NCBI RefSeq assembly: GCF_964213995.1
Contig: NW_027590263.1
Coordinates: 62,001 to 126,000 of the forward strand
DNA length: 64,000 nt
Direction: 5' to 3'
DNA from: Mustelus asterias
Lineage: Eukaryota
Both the position numbers and the translations under genes were made by a program. The notes under the pieces are model-generated. The model saw only the letters and a list, made by a program, of their open reading frames with translations, had not been told where the DNA came from and did not search any database. The first letter of the stretch is position 1. Every line of letters begins with the position of its first letter. This document shows, piece by piece, positions 50,960 to 63,380 of this stretch.

Positions 50960-51495
50960 ATGACAAACACACACACACACACACACAGACACACACACAC
51001 AGACAAAGAGAGAGGGACACAGACACTCACGGACACACACACACAGAGAGACACAAACACACATTCACGGACACACACGCAGAGAGACACAAACACACAC
51101 TCACAGACACACATGCACAAAGACACAGAGAGAGACACACACACAGACACACACACACACAGACAAAGAGAGAAACACACAGACACTCACGGACACACAC
51201 GCAGAGGGACACAAACACACACTCACAGACACACATGCACAAAGACACAGAGAGAGAGACACACACACAGACACACACACAGACACACAGACAAAGAGAG
51301 AAACACACAGACACTCACGGACACACACACAGAGGGACACAAACACACACTCACAGACACACATGCACAAAGACACAGAGAGAGAGACACACACAGACAC
51401 ACACTCACTCACAATCACACACACAGAAACACACATTGAAATAGACACTTGCACACACTTAGAAACTGTCTCTCTCTCACACACACACACACAGA
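50960..51495. repeat. (CA/GA)-rich compound repeat with a ~120-bp higher-order unit
   Basis: agacaaagagag..cacagacactcacggacacacac recurs at ~51001, ~51161 and ~51289. Confidence 0.75.
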
Positions 51496-51899
51496 AATAC
51501 AAAAACATAAGTGCACCGACAGTCTCATTCCTATTTCTGTTTTACTCCTCAATGCCCCAACTTAAAAGTACTGGGATCTGAACTTGAAATGCTGGAACTG
51601 ATCATGGAGGAACGAGTGGGGCCTAATAGACACTGAGAAATTAACTTGTGTGTGAATCATAGAATGGTGACAGCACAGGAGGCCATTCAGCCCGTCAAGC
51701 CTGGATCGACACACTGCAAGGGCAGTTTCACTATTCCCAATCCTCCGCCCTCTCCCCGTAACCCTGTCAATATTTTCCCTTCAGCTTCCCATTCAATTTC
51801 CTCTTGATGGAATCTTCTTCCACCTCTGACTCAGGCAGAACATGATGTGGAGATGCCGGCGTTGGACTGGGGTAAACACAGTATTTTTGTCTAAACCAC

Positions 51900-52210
51900 A
51901 ATATACATAGAATCCCTACAGTGCAGAGGAGGCCATTCGGCCCAACGAGTCTGCACCAACCCACAATCCCACCCAGGCCCTATCCCCATATATTTACCCT
52001 AGCTTGTCGCTAAGGGTCAATTTATCATGGCCAATCCACCCAACCCGCACATCTTTGGACTGTGGGTGGAAACCGGAGCACCCGGAGGAAACCCACGCAG
52101 ACACGGGGAGAATGTGCCAACTCCGCACAGACAGTGACCCAAGCTGGGAATGGAACCCGGGTCCCTGGTGCCGTGAGGCAGAAGTGGTAACCACTGTGCC
52201 ACCGTGCTGC
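51900..52210 (-). mobile_element. HE1-like SINE, near full length
   Basis: Reverse-complement tRNA head and CR1-like tail. Confidence 0.85.
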
Positions 52211-52687
52211 CACTGTCCTTTTGGAGAATCCTCCTTAGTTCCATTTATTCTCCGAGGCAAAACTTCCATTTCCCAGCTCTTGTCTGTAAATGCTCAGTCT
52301 CTTGTTCCAGGGATTTTCCCAGTATTTCCACACGCTAACCTGCTGTGGGTCATTGGCCCAAATTTTCTTCAACCATTTTCAGAATTTCATTCAAATACTT
52401 CTGATGTTTAAGCAAAATGGTTTGCTGCTCCTGTTTGGTCTTTGAACTTTTCATAACCCTGGAGTTTCTCCTGATCTCATTCAGATTGAGTTTTATTTAA
52501 TTTCTTTCCAGCGATGTCAAAACGTATTCATTCTGGACTTTCATTTTGTTTTCTAATATTGAGTCTATCTCGTCACTCACAAACTACTCATTCGAATCAT
52601 TTGAGGGGGTTTAAATAATGTTTTTTTAAATAATTTGTCAACTTCCCTGAACTCTGCCGTTGTTATACCTTGTTCTGTCTCAGCAAT

Positions 52688-53020
52688 GGGCGGCACGGTA
52701 GCACAGTGGTTAGCACTGCTGCTTCACAGCTCCTGGGTTCGATTCCCGGCTCGGGTCACTGTCTGTGTGGAGTTTGCACATTCTCCTCGTGTCTGCGTGG
52801 GTTTCCTCCGGGTGCTCCGGTTTCCTCCCACAGTCCAAAGATGTGCGGGTTAGGTTGATTGGCCGGGTTAAAAATTGCCCCTTAGAGTCCTGAGATGCGT
52901 AGGTTAGTGGGATTAGCGGGTAAATATGTGGGGGTAGGGCCTGGGTGGGATTGTGGTCGGTGCAGACTCGATGGGCCGAATGGCCTCCTTCTGCACTGTA
53001 GGGTTTCTATGATTTCTATG
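52688..53020 (+). mobile_element. HE1-like SINE, near full length
   Basis: gggcggcacggtagcacagtggttagcactg...gggttcgattcc...tail ttctatgatttctatg. Confidence 0.9.
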
Positions 53021-53189
53021 AAGCCCCTTAAATTAAAATGAGCAGCTACTCAGTGTTAATTGTCATTAACCCTTGGAGCTCTTATTTCCTCTGGGGTGAA
53101 CTTTTATCTTGATGTTTCGGGCACTTTTCCTGCCTCTGCACTGACCATTACCAGGGTGGATACATCAATATCTTTACTCACATCAGTTT

Positions 53190-53590
53190 GACTTGATTTA
53201 TTCTTATCACATTAATATACAGTGAAAAGTATTGTTTCTTGTGCACTATACAGACAAGGCATACCATTCATAGAGAAGGAAAGGAGAGAGTGCAGAATAT
53301 AGTGTGACAGTCATAGCGAGAGTGTAGAGAAAGATCAACTTAGTGTGAGGCAGATCCATTCAAAAGTCTGATGGCAGCAGGGAAGAAGCTGTTTTTGAGT
53401 CGGTTGGTACAAAACCTCAGACCTTTGTGTATTTTTCCGACAGAAGAAGGTGGAAGAGAGAATGTCCAGGTGCGTGGGGTCCTTAATTATGCTGGCCGCT
53501 TTTCCGGGGCAGCGGGAAGTGTAGACAGTCAATGGATGGGAGGCTGGTTTGCGTGATGGACTGGGCTTCATTCACAACCCTTTGTATAGT
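53190..53590 (-). mobile_element. Rex1/Babar-like LINE 3' fragment
   Basis: Homologous to 55300-55710. Confidence 0.7.
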
Positions 53591-54199
53591 CCCCACCAGT
53601 CACACACGACACACACACAGTCCAGAAGAGACACACGTGTGGAAGGTGATGCTGTCGGAGGCAGAGGTGCCTCGAGCTGTCCGTGCAGCAACGCAGGTCC
53701 AGTGCGCTGAAGGCTGTCCTCCTCGGCAGCAATGACCTGCCACCGGTCTGCGCCTTCACAAGACTCTGGACACAATGGGTGAAGAGAGATAGAGAGTGAG
53801 AGATGGATTGATATATATCCATGATGAGAGAGAGAGAGAGAGATTGCCCCAATACAAACATCGCTCCCCAACCTCTCTATCCCCCCTCCCCAGCAACTAT
53901 CTGAAGCTAAATTAATGTCACAACATCACTGCCATCTTTTACCCAAAACTTAGCTTCAGACCCTGTCCCTCTATATTTAACCAGCCCGTCTCTGACATCT
54001 CCTCCAGTCACACAACCCTGTGAGATGTCTGCACCGCTCTAATTGTGGCATCGTGAGCGTTCCACATGCAACATGACTTGCATCGATAAACTCTCATCTC
54101 CAACATTTCAATTGAAGTTTCAAAGCTCAATGGCTTTGAAGCCGAATGGTCCAGATTGCCATGGCCTTCAATGTGAACAAGTTGTTTGTGATGTCACTA

Positions 54200-54800
54200 C
54201 AGAGGTTGCCTAGGAAACAATGACTGAACACAGGGGGTGAATGTGAGAAGCTGAAGTTTCCACTTGAAGACATTCCCAGTGTCTCTGAGCAGCTGAACTG
54301 GGGAAGCCTTTGGGCAGAGACTGTGCTGCTGCTATTGCCCTTCCTGGCCACCAGGCGTCGCTGTAACACTCCCGGGGGGGGGCTGCTCCTCCCCAGTGTC
54401 ACCTCTTGCCCACTCCGGCCCGGCCCCATGCTCGTTGGCGGGACAACAGGGGGACTTGTCGAGGGTGCGGGGCGGCCTGTGCGCATGTGCGGGACGGGAA
54501 TGCTCCCAGAGGTCAGCGCGCGCGGACGTCGCCGCATTGATGCCGCCTCCCCTGGCAACGCAAGATGGTCGCCGCCGCCGTCTCCCTTGGCAACGGAATA
54601 GGGCCGCTGGCCGTCTCCCTTGGCAACGCAAGATGGCCGCCAGCGATGGGTGTCATTGCGGCGCGTGCGCAGTAAGGTCTGCCTGCAGCCATTGTCCAGA
54701 TTGCCCCCAGTGGATGGGGTTGGGATTGTGCAGCAGATGGAGCAACAATCCCAGTTTCAATAGGGGGACAGAAGCTGCAATGCTGCCCCCTGTTGGTCAC
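54200..54800. promoter_or_regulatory. CpG-rich promoter-like island with RFX X-box, YY1, NRF1-like and CTCF-like motifs
   Basis: High CpG over 54330-54680; GTTGCCTAGGAAAC 54205-54218; three ..CCYTGGCAAC boxes; CAAGATGGCCGCC at 54629; TGCCCCCTGTTGG at 54784. Confidence 0.55.
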
Positions 54801-54869
54801 TTCTCCCAGTCTCAGCATTGCAGAGTGTTTAAACAAGAGTGCATTGTCACAGCAGCACCTTGACCTTCA

Positions 54870-55078
54870 GTTTCAGTTTATTTATTAGTGTCAGAAGTAG
54901 ACTTACATTAACACTACAATGAAGTTACTGTGAGAATCCCCTAGTCGCCCACACTCCGGCGCCTGTTCGGGTTACACTGAGGGGGAATTTAGCACGGCCA
55001 ATGCACCCTAACCGGCACATCTTTCAGACTGTGGGAGGAAACCGGAGCACCCGGAGGAAACCCACGCAGACACGGGGA
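54870..55078 (-). mobile_element. HE1-related SINE fragment
   Basis: Homologous to 40900-41100. Confidence 0.75.
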
Positions 55079-55299
55079 CGGGACAGCCCGGGGGAAAGCT
55101 CCATTCCAACTGTCCCTGGAGTGTCAGATTAACCTGGGTCACTCACGCCCCCCCCCGGCTAAGACTCACCTCCCTCAGACAGTGAGACCCTCCTGTATCA
55201 CTCACCTTACTGCAGTCAGATACCCTCAGACACAGCACTGGGCCCTGGGCGTGTTCTTTAAATGCTGCGACCTATCGTGGAGGAAAGAATTGGGAGGAT

Positions 55300-55935
55300 T
55301 TTGATTTGATTTGATTTATTACTGTCGCATGTATTGGGATACAGTGAAAAGTATTGTTTCTTGTATGCTGTACAGACAAAACATACCGTTCATAGAGTAC
55401 ATCGGGGAGAAGTAAAAGAGAGGGTGCAGAATGTAGTGTTGCAGTCATAGGTAGGGTGTAGAGAAAGATAAATCTAATATGTAGCAGGTCCATTCACAAG
55501 TCTGAGGGCAGCAGGGAAGTTCTTGAGTCGGTTGGTACGTGATCTCAGACTTTGTACCTTTTTCCTGACGGAAGAAGGTGGAAGAGAGAATGTGTGCATG
55601 AGGTCCTTAATTATGCTGGCTGCTTTTCTAAGGCCGCGGGAAGTGTAGACAGAGTCAATGAATGGGAGGCTCGTCTGCGTGATGGACGGGGCTACATTCA
55701 CGACCTTTTGTAATTTCTTGCAGTCTTGGACAGAGCAGAAACCATACCAAGCCGTGATACAGAAAGGATGCTTTCTATGGTGCATCTGTAGAAGTTGGTG
55801 AGAGTCGTAGCTGACATGCCAAATTTCCTCAGCCTCCTGAGAAAGTAGACGTGTTGGTGGGCTTTCTCAATTATAGTGTCGGCATGGGGGGACCAGGACA
55901 GGTTGTTGGTGATCTGGACACCTAGAAACTTGAAG
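55300..55935 (-). mobile_element. Rex1/Babar-like LINE 3' region
   Basis: FKFLGVQITNNLSW..KAHQHVYFLRRLRKFGMS..LTNFYRCTIESIL and (AAATC)n tail. Confidence 0.8.
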
Positions 55936-55959
55936 TTGAGACCCAAATGACAAGTTGTC

Positions 55960-57340
55960 ATAGTGTCACAGATGTTTACAGCATGGAAACAGGCCCTTTG
56001 GCCCAACTTGTCATGCTGCCCTTTTTCTTTTAACGCCTAAGCTGGTCCCAATTCCCCACATTTGGCCCATATCCCTCTATATCTATCTTACCTATGTAAC
56101 TGTCTAAATGCTTTTTAAAAGATAAAATTGTGTCCATCTCTACTACTACCTCTGGCAGCTTGTTCCAGACGCTCATCACTCTCTGTGTGAAAAGATTGCC
56201 CCTCTGGACACTTTTGTATGTCTCCCCTCTCAACTTAAACCCATGCCCTCGAGTTTTAGACTCCCCTACCTTTGGGAAAAGATATTGACTATCTATTGTG
56301 TGTCAACCATAGAATAGCCACAGAATGAAGGAGGCCATTCAGCCCATTCAGCTGGTGTCGACTCTCTGCTAGAGCAATCGAGCCAGTCCCACTGCTCCAC
56401 CTTGTCCCTGGAGCCCTGCAAATCTTTTCCCATCAGCTTCCCATCCCATTTCCTCTGGAAAGACAGCGAGGAGCAGAGAGGAAAGAGGTACTTGGGGAAT
56501 GGAAAGTTTCATCTGATGTTCTTGTTGGCAGATGCTCTGTGGTGGATAAAGCTGGCAGCCTCCTCCAGAAAGCAGCACAGAGTGAATGGAAGGGGCAGAA
56601 TGTGAGTGAGATGAGACACGAGAGAGAGAGAGAGAGGTGAAAGCTTTCTGTTTGTCAGCAAAAAGCACAATGGTGGCCCTGTGTCCTTCAGGGAGCGGCC
56701 CAGGCCTCGCTCAAAGCCTGCCCTGTCCTCACACTCACTGGGAGACGGCCATTTCTAACATGTTGTCCATGCTTCTGAGCTGACACTGAGACAAACACAA
56801 CAACAGCAGCCACTATCCGGACAAGTCATCACGGAGAATGAAATGTCCAAAGGCACTTCAAAGGTAGATTGCGCGGCAGGATTTGTCCCCGAGCTGCGGA
56901 GGGAGAGATTTGGATGGATGACTAGAAGCTGGGTCAGTGAGGTTGTGTTTTAGCAATGGAGGTCCAGAGAACAGAAAAGGCCCTTCGGCCCATTGCATCT
57001 GTGCCGGTCAAAGACAAATCACCCAACTTGGCTCACGGCCTGGTAAGCCTTGGCATTGCAAATGCATAGCTAAGCACTTCTTAAACGTTCTGAGGGTCTC
57101 TGCCTCCACCACCCTTTCAGGCAGAGAGTTCCAGACTCCCACCACCCTCTGGGTGAAAAAGGTTTTCCTCACATCCCCTGTAAACGTCCTGCCCCTTACC
57201 CTAAATCTATACCCCCTGGTCATTGATCCCACCACCAAGGGGAAAGCTTTCTTCCCGTCTACTCTATCGATGTCCCTCATAATCTTATCCATCTCCATCA
57301 TGTTCCCCCTCAGCCTCCTCTGCTCCACGGAAAACAACCC
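55960..57340 (-). mobile_element. CR1 3' fragments (55960-56295 and 56960-57340)
   Basis: FTQRVMSVWNKLP and RRLRGNM..FFTQRVVGVWNSLP. Confidence 0.8.
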
Positions 57341-57342
57341 CA

Positions 57343-57478
57343 GGGTGGAATCTTATCACCGTTCAGGCCGGCAGGATTTTCCCATCCCACTGCAGTGAAA
57401 GGAGATTTGGCTGGTCACCAGATTCTCCGACCTCGCTGAGCGGGAGTGTGGCGTCAACAGGTGGTAAGATCACACCCT
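57343..57478. mobile_element. Small MITE-like element with imperfect terminal inverted repeats
   Basis: Left end gggtggaatcttatcacc versus reverse complement of right end gggtgtgatcttaccacc. Confidence 0.45.
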
Positions 57479-57508
57479 CAGTCTATAAAATCTCTCTTCA
57501 GTTCGAGT

Positions 57509-58215
57509 GGCGGCACGGTAGCACAGTGGTTAGCACTGCTGCCTCACAGCGCCAGGGACCCGGGTTCAATTCCGGCCTCGGGTTACTGTCTGTGTGGAGT
57601 TTGCACATTCTCCCCGTGTCTGCGTGGGCTTCCTCCGGGTGCATTGTCCATGCAAAATTGCCCTGACGGTCCCATGATGTATAGGTTAGGGGGATTAGCG
57701 GGAAAATACGTGGGGTTACGGGGTAAGCCTGGGTAAGAGTCCATGCAGATTTGATGGGTTGAATGGCCTCATTCTGGACTGTAGGGATTCTATGATTCCA
57801 TGAACTAAAACTCTCCAGGCCAGGCAACATCCTGGTGAATCTCCTCTGCACCTTTTCCAGTGCTATCACATCCCTCCTATCCTGTGCATTCCACAACTGC
57901 ACAATGTTTCGATGAGGGGCGGCACAGTGGTTAACACTGCTGCCTCACAGCGCCAGGGACCCGGGTTTGATTCCTGGCTTGGGTCACTGTCAGTGTGGAG
58001 TTTGTACATTCTCCCCGTGTCTGCGTGGGTTTCCACCGGGTGCTGCGGTTTCCTCCCACAGTTCGAACGACGCGCTGGTTAGGTGTATCAGCCATGCTAA
58101 ATTCTCCCCAAGTTGCCCAAACAGGCGCCAGAGCATGGCAACTACGGATTTTCCACAGTAACTTCATTGCAGTGTTAATGTAACCCTACTTGTGACACTA
58201 ATAAATAAACTTTTA
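57509..58215 (+). mobile_element. Two HE1-like SINEs (57509-57800 and 57917-58215) around a short CR1 piece
   Basis: Both have tRNA-like heads with A and B boxes. Confidence 0.8.
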
Positions 58216-60244
58216 AACCCGATACTCGATTCCCCCATGTTGGCCTTGTTCTGTGATAATTAATGCGGATGTTTAGATTATTCAATAGTTCTTTAAGGAC
58301 AGCAGACACAGGGAAAAAAAAACATGTGACTCTGTACACAACAGATATATTTCAAGGGGATATTGCAGCCAGCTGTATCTGAGTGGCAGTAATCTTCCCT
58401 CAGAATCAGACAGATTGTGGGTTCAGCTCAGAGCCTCAAATACTAGGCCCTTAGCATCGATCAGAGACTCCGCGCACAGCATGATGGGAGAGCGGACAAA
58501 GGAAAGTGTTGTTGAATTTGTGAGCCTTGTTTTGTGGAAAGCTTTAGTGTTTGGTCAGAATGTTAATTTTTGAGTGGACCTACCATATATTAAGCTGATC
58601 TTTCTCTATACCCTCTCGGTAACTGCAACACTGTATTCTGCACCCTCTCCTCCTGACAGTTTTGTTTTAAACTCTTTATCAATGTCCTTCCAGGTTTAGT
58701 GTGAAGGTTTGTGTTCCACACTGAGCCCCTCTCAGTCTCCACACGGAGCTTGTGTGTGTGCTGATGCTCCTGTCATTTTGGATGGATACTGTGTGAAGCT
58801 GCATTCTCTCCCAGTGAGTTTCTGATCTACTTCACTCTCTCTGCGGCTGGAGCAATGTCCAGCAGGCAGCAGAGGATGGCAGTGTATCACTGTCAGCACA
58901 ATATAGACAAACAGCCTTTAGCAAGAGAGGCTTTGACCCTTTTTCAAACCAAATCCCCAATTTGATGTTTCCAGCTGCGCTGTTTACAATGCTGCTGAAT
59001 ATTGTGTGTCTTTGGTAAACTGGGATGTGTAGCATTCAGTCACATTAAGTGGTCAATAAATATGTCCACACTGTGTATATCTTTCTGTGTGTGTGTGTCA
59101 GCGTGCATGTGTGTCAATGTATTTAAATCTCAAAGGAAAATAGGAGCAGGTGTAGGCCATTTGGCCCATCGATCCTGCGCCAGCATTCAAACAGATCATG
59201 GTGCACGTACGCACACAAAACACGCACACACCAACACACACAAAACACGCACACACCAACACACACAAAACACACACACACCAACACACACAAAACACGC
59301 ACACACACAAAGTACGCACACACAAACACACATAAAACACGCACAAAAAGCACACACACAAATTTACACACACAAACACAATAAACACACACACACAAAC
59401 ACACAGAAAAACACACACACACATCAAACTCACAGTTAGCACTGCTGCCTCACAGTGCCAGGGACTCGGGTTCGGTTCCCGCCTTGGGTCACTGTCTGTG
59501 CGGAGTCTGCACGTTCTCCCCGTGTCTGCGTGGGTTTCCTCCGGGTGCTCCGGTTTCCTCCCACAGTCTGAAAGACGTTCTGGTTCGGGTGCATTGGCCG
59601 TGCTAAATTGTCCCTCCGCGTCAGGGAGACGAGCTCGGGTAAATGCATGGGGTAATGGGGATAGGGCCTGGGTGGGATTGTGGTCGGTGCAGACTCAATG
59701 GGCCAAATGGCCTCCTTCTGCACTGCAGGAGTCTAGGATTCTATGAAAACACACAGAAACAGATATTCTCACCCAGTAACACTCAGACGCACACAGTAAT
59801 AAACACACACGGAAACATGTCCACACACAAACACGCATGCACACACGCACACAAACACACACACACACACAGATTCCTATTTTATTTCACACAATCGATT
59901 TGCGTCTTGAACATGCTGAATGATTGGGCTTCCACATCCCCCTTGAATAGAAAATTCCAAAGATTCACCACCCTCTGAGTGAAGAAATTCCTCCTCATCT
60001 CAGTCTTCAATGGTCTGCCCCTGATTCTGAGATTGTGTCCCCTGGTTCTAGTCTCACCAGCCAGGGGAAACATCCAATCTACATCCACCCTGTCACACCC
60101 TGTAAGAATTTTAAGTCTGTTTCAATGGGATCGCCTCTCAATCTTCAAGGGTTCAAGGCCGACTTCCGGACTTGATGGCCATGGAAGGTGTGCTCATAAC
60201 GGGGCCAAACAGCTGGATTATCAAACAGTAAATCCTGCCGGGAT

Positions 60245-63200
60245 CATGTATCAGTAAACTCTGCCCGAAACCTCTCTCAGTTATTACAATCTGGGCCTTG
60301 TATCAGTAAACTCTGCCCGAAACCACTCTCAGTTATTACAATCTGGGCCTTGTATCAGTAAACTCTGCCCCAAACCTCTCTCAGTTATTACAATCTGGGC
60401 CTTGTATCAGAAATCTCTGCCCGAAACCACTCTCAGTTATTACAATCTGGGCCTTGTATCAGTAAACTCTGCCCCAAACCTCTCTCAGTTATTACAATCT
60501 GGGCCTTGTATCAGTAAACTCTGCCCCAAACCTCTCTCAGTTATTACAATCTGGGCCTTGTATCAGTAATCTCTGCCCTAAACCTCTCTCACTTATTACA
60601 ATCTGGGCCTGGTATCAGTAAACTCTGCCCGAAACCTCTCTCAGTTATTACGATATGGGCCTGGTATCAGTAATCTCTGCCCGAAACCTCTCTCAGTTAT
60701 TACAATCTGGGCCTTGTATCAGTAAACTCTGCCCGAAACCACTCTCAGTTATTACAATCTGGGCCTTGTATCAGTAAACTCTGCCCCAAACCTCTCTCAG
60801 TTATTACAATCTGGGCCTTGTATCAGAAATCTCTGCCCGAAACCACTCTCAGTTATTACGATCTGGGCCTTGTATCAGTAAACTCTGCCCCAAACCTCTC
60901 TCAGTTATTACAATCTGGGCCTTGTATCAGTAAACTCTGCCCCAAACCTCTCTCAGTTATTACAATCTGGGCCTTGTATCAGTAATCTCTGCCCTAAACC
61001 TCTCTCAGTTATTACAATCTGGGCCTTGTATCAGTAAACTCTGCCCCAAACCTCTCTCAGTTATTACAATCTGGGCCTTGTATCAGTAAACGCTGCCCGA
61101 AACCTCTCAGTTATTACAATCTGGGCCTGGTATCAGTAAACTCTGCCCGTAACCTCTCTCAGTTATTACGATATGGGCCTTGTATCAGTAAACTCTGCCC
61201 TAAACCTCTCTCAGTTATTACAATCTGGGCCTTGTATCAATAAACTCTGCCCGAAACCTCTCTCAGTTATTACAATCTGGGCCTTGTATCAGTAAACTCT
61301 GCCTGAAACCTCTCTCAGTTATTACAATCTGGGCCTTGTATCAGTAATCTCTGCCCTCAACCTCTCTCAGTTATTACAATCTGGGACTTGTATCAGTAAT
61401 CTCTGCCCTAAACCTCTCTCAGTTATTACAATCTGGGACTTGTATCAGTAATCTCTGCCCTAAACCTCTCTCAGTTATTACAATTTGGGCCTTGTATCAG
61501 TAATCTCTGCCTGAAACCTCTCTCAGTTATTACAATTTGGGCCTTCTTTCAGTAATCTCTGCCTGAAACCTCTCTCAGTTATTACAATCTGGGCCTGGTA
61601 TCAGTAATCTCTGCCCTAAACCTCTCTCAGTTATTACAATCTGGGCCTTGTATCAGTAAACTCGGCCCGAAACCTCTCTCAGTTATTACAATCTGGGCCT
61701 TGTATCAGTAATCTCTGCCCTAACCTCTCTCAGTTATTACAATCTGGGCCTTGTATCAGCAATCTCTGCCCTAAACCTCTCTCAGTTATTACAATCTGGG
61801 CCTTGTATCAGAAATCTCTGCCCGAAACCACTCTCAGTTATTACGATCTGGGCCTTGTATCAGTAAACTCTGCCCCAAACCTCTCTCAGTTATTACAATC
61901 TGGGCCTTGTATCAGTAAACTCTGCCCCAAACCTCTCTCAGTTATTACAATCTGGGCCTTGTATCAGTAATCTCTGCCCTAAACCTCTCTCAGTTATTAC
62001 AATCTGGGCCTTGTATCAGTAAACTCTGCCCCAAACCTCTCTCAGTTATTACAATCTGGGCCTTGTATCAGTAAACGCTGCCCGAAACCTCTCAGTTATT
62101 ACAATCTGGGCCTGGTATCAGTAAACTCTGCCCGTAACCTCTCTCAGTTATTACGATATGGGCCTTGTATCAGTAAACTCTGCCCTAAACCTCTCTCAGT
62201 TATTACAATCTGGGCCTTGTATCAATAAACTCTGCCCGAAACCTCTCTCAGTTATTACAATCTGGGCCTTGTATCAGTAAACTCTGCCTGAAACCTCTCT
62301 CAGTTATTACAATCTGGGCCTTGTATCAGTAATCTCTGCCCTCAACCTCTCTCAGTTATTACAATCTGGGACTTGTATCAGTAATCTCTGCCCTAAACCT
62401 CTCTCAGTTATTACAATCTGGGACTTGTATCAGTAATCTCTGCCCTAAACCTCTCTCAGTTATTACAATTTGGGCCTTGTATCAGTAATCTCTGCCTGAA
62501 ACCTCTCTCAGTTATTACAATTTGGGCCTTCTTTCAGTAATCTCTGCCTGAAACCTCTCTCAGTTATTACAATCTGGGCCTGGTATCAGTAATCTCTGCC
62601 CTAAACCTCTCTCAGTTATTACAATCTGGGCCTTGTATCAGTAAACTCGGCCCGAAACCTCTCTCAGTTATTACAATCTGGGCCTTGTATCAGTAATCTC
62701 TGCCCTAACCTCTCTCAGTTATTACAATCTGGGCCTTGTATCAGCAATCTCTGCCCTAAACCTCTCTCAGTTATTACGATCTGGGCCTTGTATCAGTAAT
62801 ATCTGCCCGAAACCTCTCTCAGTTATTACAATCTGGGCCTGGTATCAGTAATCTCTGCCCTAAACCTCTCTCAGTTATTACAATCTGGGCCTGGTATCAG
62901 TAATCTCTGCCCGAAACCTCTCTCAGTTATTACAATCTGGGCCTTGTATCAGTAATCTCTGCCCTAAACCTCTCTCAGTTGTTACAATCTGGGCCTTGTA
63001 TCAGCAATCTCTGCCCTAAACCTCTCTCAGTTATTACAATCTGGGCCTTGTATCAGCAATCTCTGCCCTAAACCTCTCTCAGTTATTACAATCTGGGCTT
63101 TGTATCAGTAATCTCTGCCCGAAACCTCTCTCAGTTATTACAATTTGGGCTTTATATCAGTAATCTCTGCCATAAACCTTTTTCAGTTATTACAATCTGG

Positions 63201-63380
63201 GCACTGTATCAGTAATCTCTGCCCTACAACTCTCTCAGTTATTACAATCTGGTCTTTGTATCAGTAAACCTTGCCCTAAACCTCTCTCAGTTATTACAAT
63301 CTGGGCCTTGTATCAGTAAAGTCAGCCTGAAACCTCTCAGTTATTATAATCTGGGCCTTGTATCAGTAAGCTCTTCCCTT
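60245..63380. repeat. 52-bp satellite array 3 (~60 units)
   Basis: Same unit and same flanks as array 2. Confidence 0.95.

Noticed and set aside
34297-63380. 52-bp and 69-bp arrays as CRISPR-like arrays or RSS arrays
   Set aside because: There are no unique spacers and no heptamer-12/23-nonamer arrangement, and the context is eukaryotic.
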